A stretch of DNA of 64,000 nt from contig JAAILG010001041.1 of assembly GCA_012026655.1 (NCBI GenBank), forward strand, positions 1 through 64,000, given 5' to 3'. Shown piece after piece: positions 63,010 to 64,000 of this stretch. The DNA is from Hydrolagus affinis (lineage: Eukaryota). Both the position numbers and the translations under genes were made by a program. The notes under the pieces were generated by a model that was given only the letters and a program-made list of their open reading frames with translations, was not told where the DNA came from and ran no database searches. Every line of letters starts with the position of its first letter. Position 1 is the stretch's first letter.

Positions 63010-63262
63010 CTGATGAGCTTTGCGTATAGGTTCATCTTCATATAATTTGTTAAACTGCATTATTAAATTATACGTTCTGAGACAAATAGACTCCAGGGAA
63101 AGATTCCAGTGAAAATATCTGGCATTACAGAAAGATATTCTGCCATCAAATGTTGGTAATGGTGGGTTGAATGCCATTTGTGTGTACTGACAATTCCCTT
63201 TTGAATGACACCAGACATTTAGTTTAGCCACTTTGATTTCCTTAATGGTTACTTGCAACCAC
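63010..63262 (-). pseudogene. Decayed CR1 ORF2 fragment
   Basis: Minus-strand pieces GVIQKGIVS and SLESICLRTYNLIMQFNKLYEDE resemble the CR1 motifs LGxIxRGI and LExVQRRATxLIxxLxxLxYEE. Confidence 0.45.
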
Positions 63263-63914
63263 TTATGGTAGATTCCTTGAGGACTTCTGCAACAACAGTC
63301 CTGTAAGTTTCGAAGCAGTAAAAAGAAATGTCACGGTACGTCAGACAGGAATGACATTTGTCTCTGTCCACCATCTCCGTTCAATCTATACATAAAACAT
63401 CCGTAGGTTAAAGAGGGATCAACCCTCTTCTCCATTCTGCTTTCCTCCATTTGTTGCATGTTTCCCCTTGTAACCCCACAGCCTTTCCAAAGTGTTCTTT
63501 TGCTGTTCCTTGTGTTACGCGATGCAATTCGTTAAAAAAAAGATTTCAAACGAATTTGATATTACCGATAGTTCCAGTAGAATTACAACACAATATTCAT
63601 TTATGTAGCACCTTTGATGTCAGGAGGATGTCTTGCATGTCACTGGATGGGTGCCTGTACACAAGAAACTCAACTTGGCAAGTTAAAATCGATGACAGGT
63701 CAAGCTCTCTGACTGGACAAATGCCATGTATTCAGCCAATCAGCGCAGTTTAGTTTCAAATGCTGTGATTGAATAATAAGTAAAATAATATTCTGGTTTA
63801 TCAGATATTTTTCATCAGGGAAAGGAGCAGCTGAACGACTGAATCGAGTAGTTGGGTTGGCTATGGCTGGATTACTTTAATGACTTTCAATGAGTGATCA
63901 ACTGAGTTTAAGAT

Positions 63915-64000
63915 CATCACCAAATAGGACAAAGGTTTCAGGTTAGATTTGTTTCAAACAGGGTGTGGAATGCCCTATGATAAAGGTGGTCGAAGGTCCA
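63915..64000 (+). mobile_element. Probable CR1 ORF2 C-terminal fragment running off the window
   Basis: AATAGGACAA...TTCAAACAGGGTGTGGAATGCCCTA...AAGGTGGTCGAAG (RV..WNAL..KVVE-like). Confidence 0.4.

Overview
Vertebrate non-coding DNA, either a large intron or a gene desert. It is most likely from a cartilaginous fish, probably a holocephalan; this is inferred from the repeat repertoire, not from a database search. I found no credible protein-coding gene, and nothing prokaryotic (no operon, CRISPR array or rRNA). The short ORFs in the track are chance ORFs or repeat-derived. The window is dominated by retroposon relics: (i) many tRNA-headed Deu-domain SINEs ending in a (TTA)n L2-type tail, in an old long form and a younger short form; (ii) 3' ends of an L2 LINE with a (TTG)n tail; (iii) CR1 LINE fragments; (iv) Penelope-like remnants. 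The Penelope remnants are a fold-back element at about 1965-2198 with a near-complete minimal type I hammerhead ribozyme in each arm, a decayed second copy, and a frameshifted GIY-YIG endonuclease domain followed by a decayed hammerhead at about 37015-37440. The window starts inside the end of a probable CACTA/EnSpm-type DNA transposon. Between the repeats are repeat-free, motif-dense blocks that look like conserved non-coding elements, often bordered by G/C runs and microsatellites. One 100-N gap has identical 13-bp flanks and may be artefactual. The best leads are the hammerhead-bearing Penelope relics, the modular SINE architecture, and two L2 insertions into the same region of the SINE tail. 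I do not see a convincing wholly new system.
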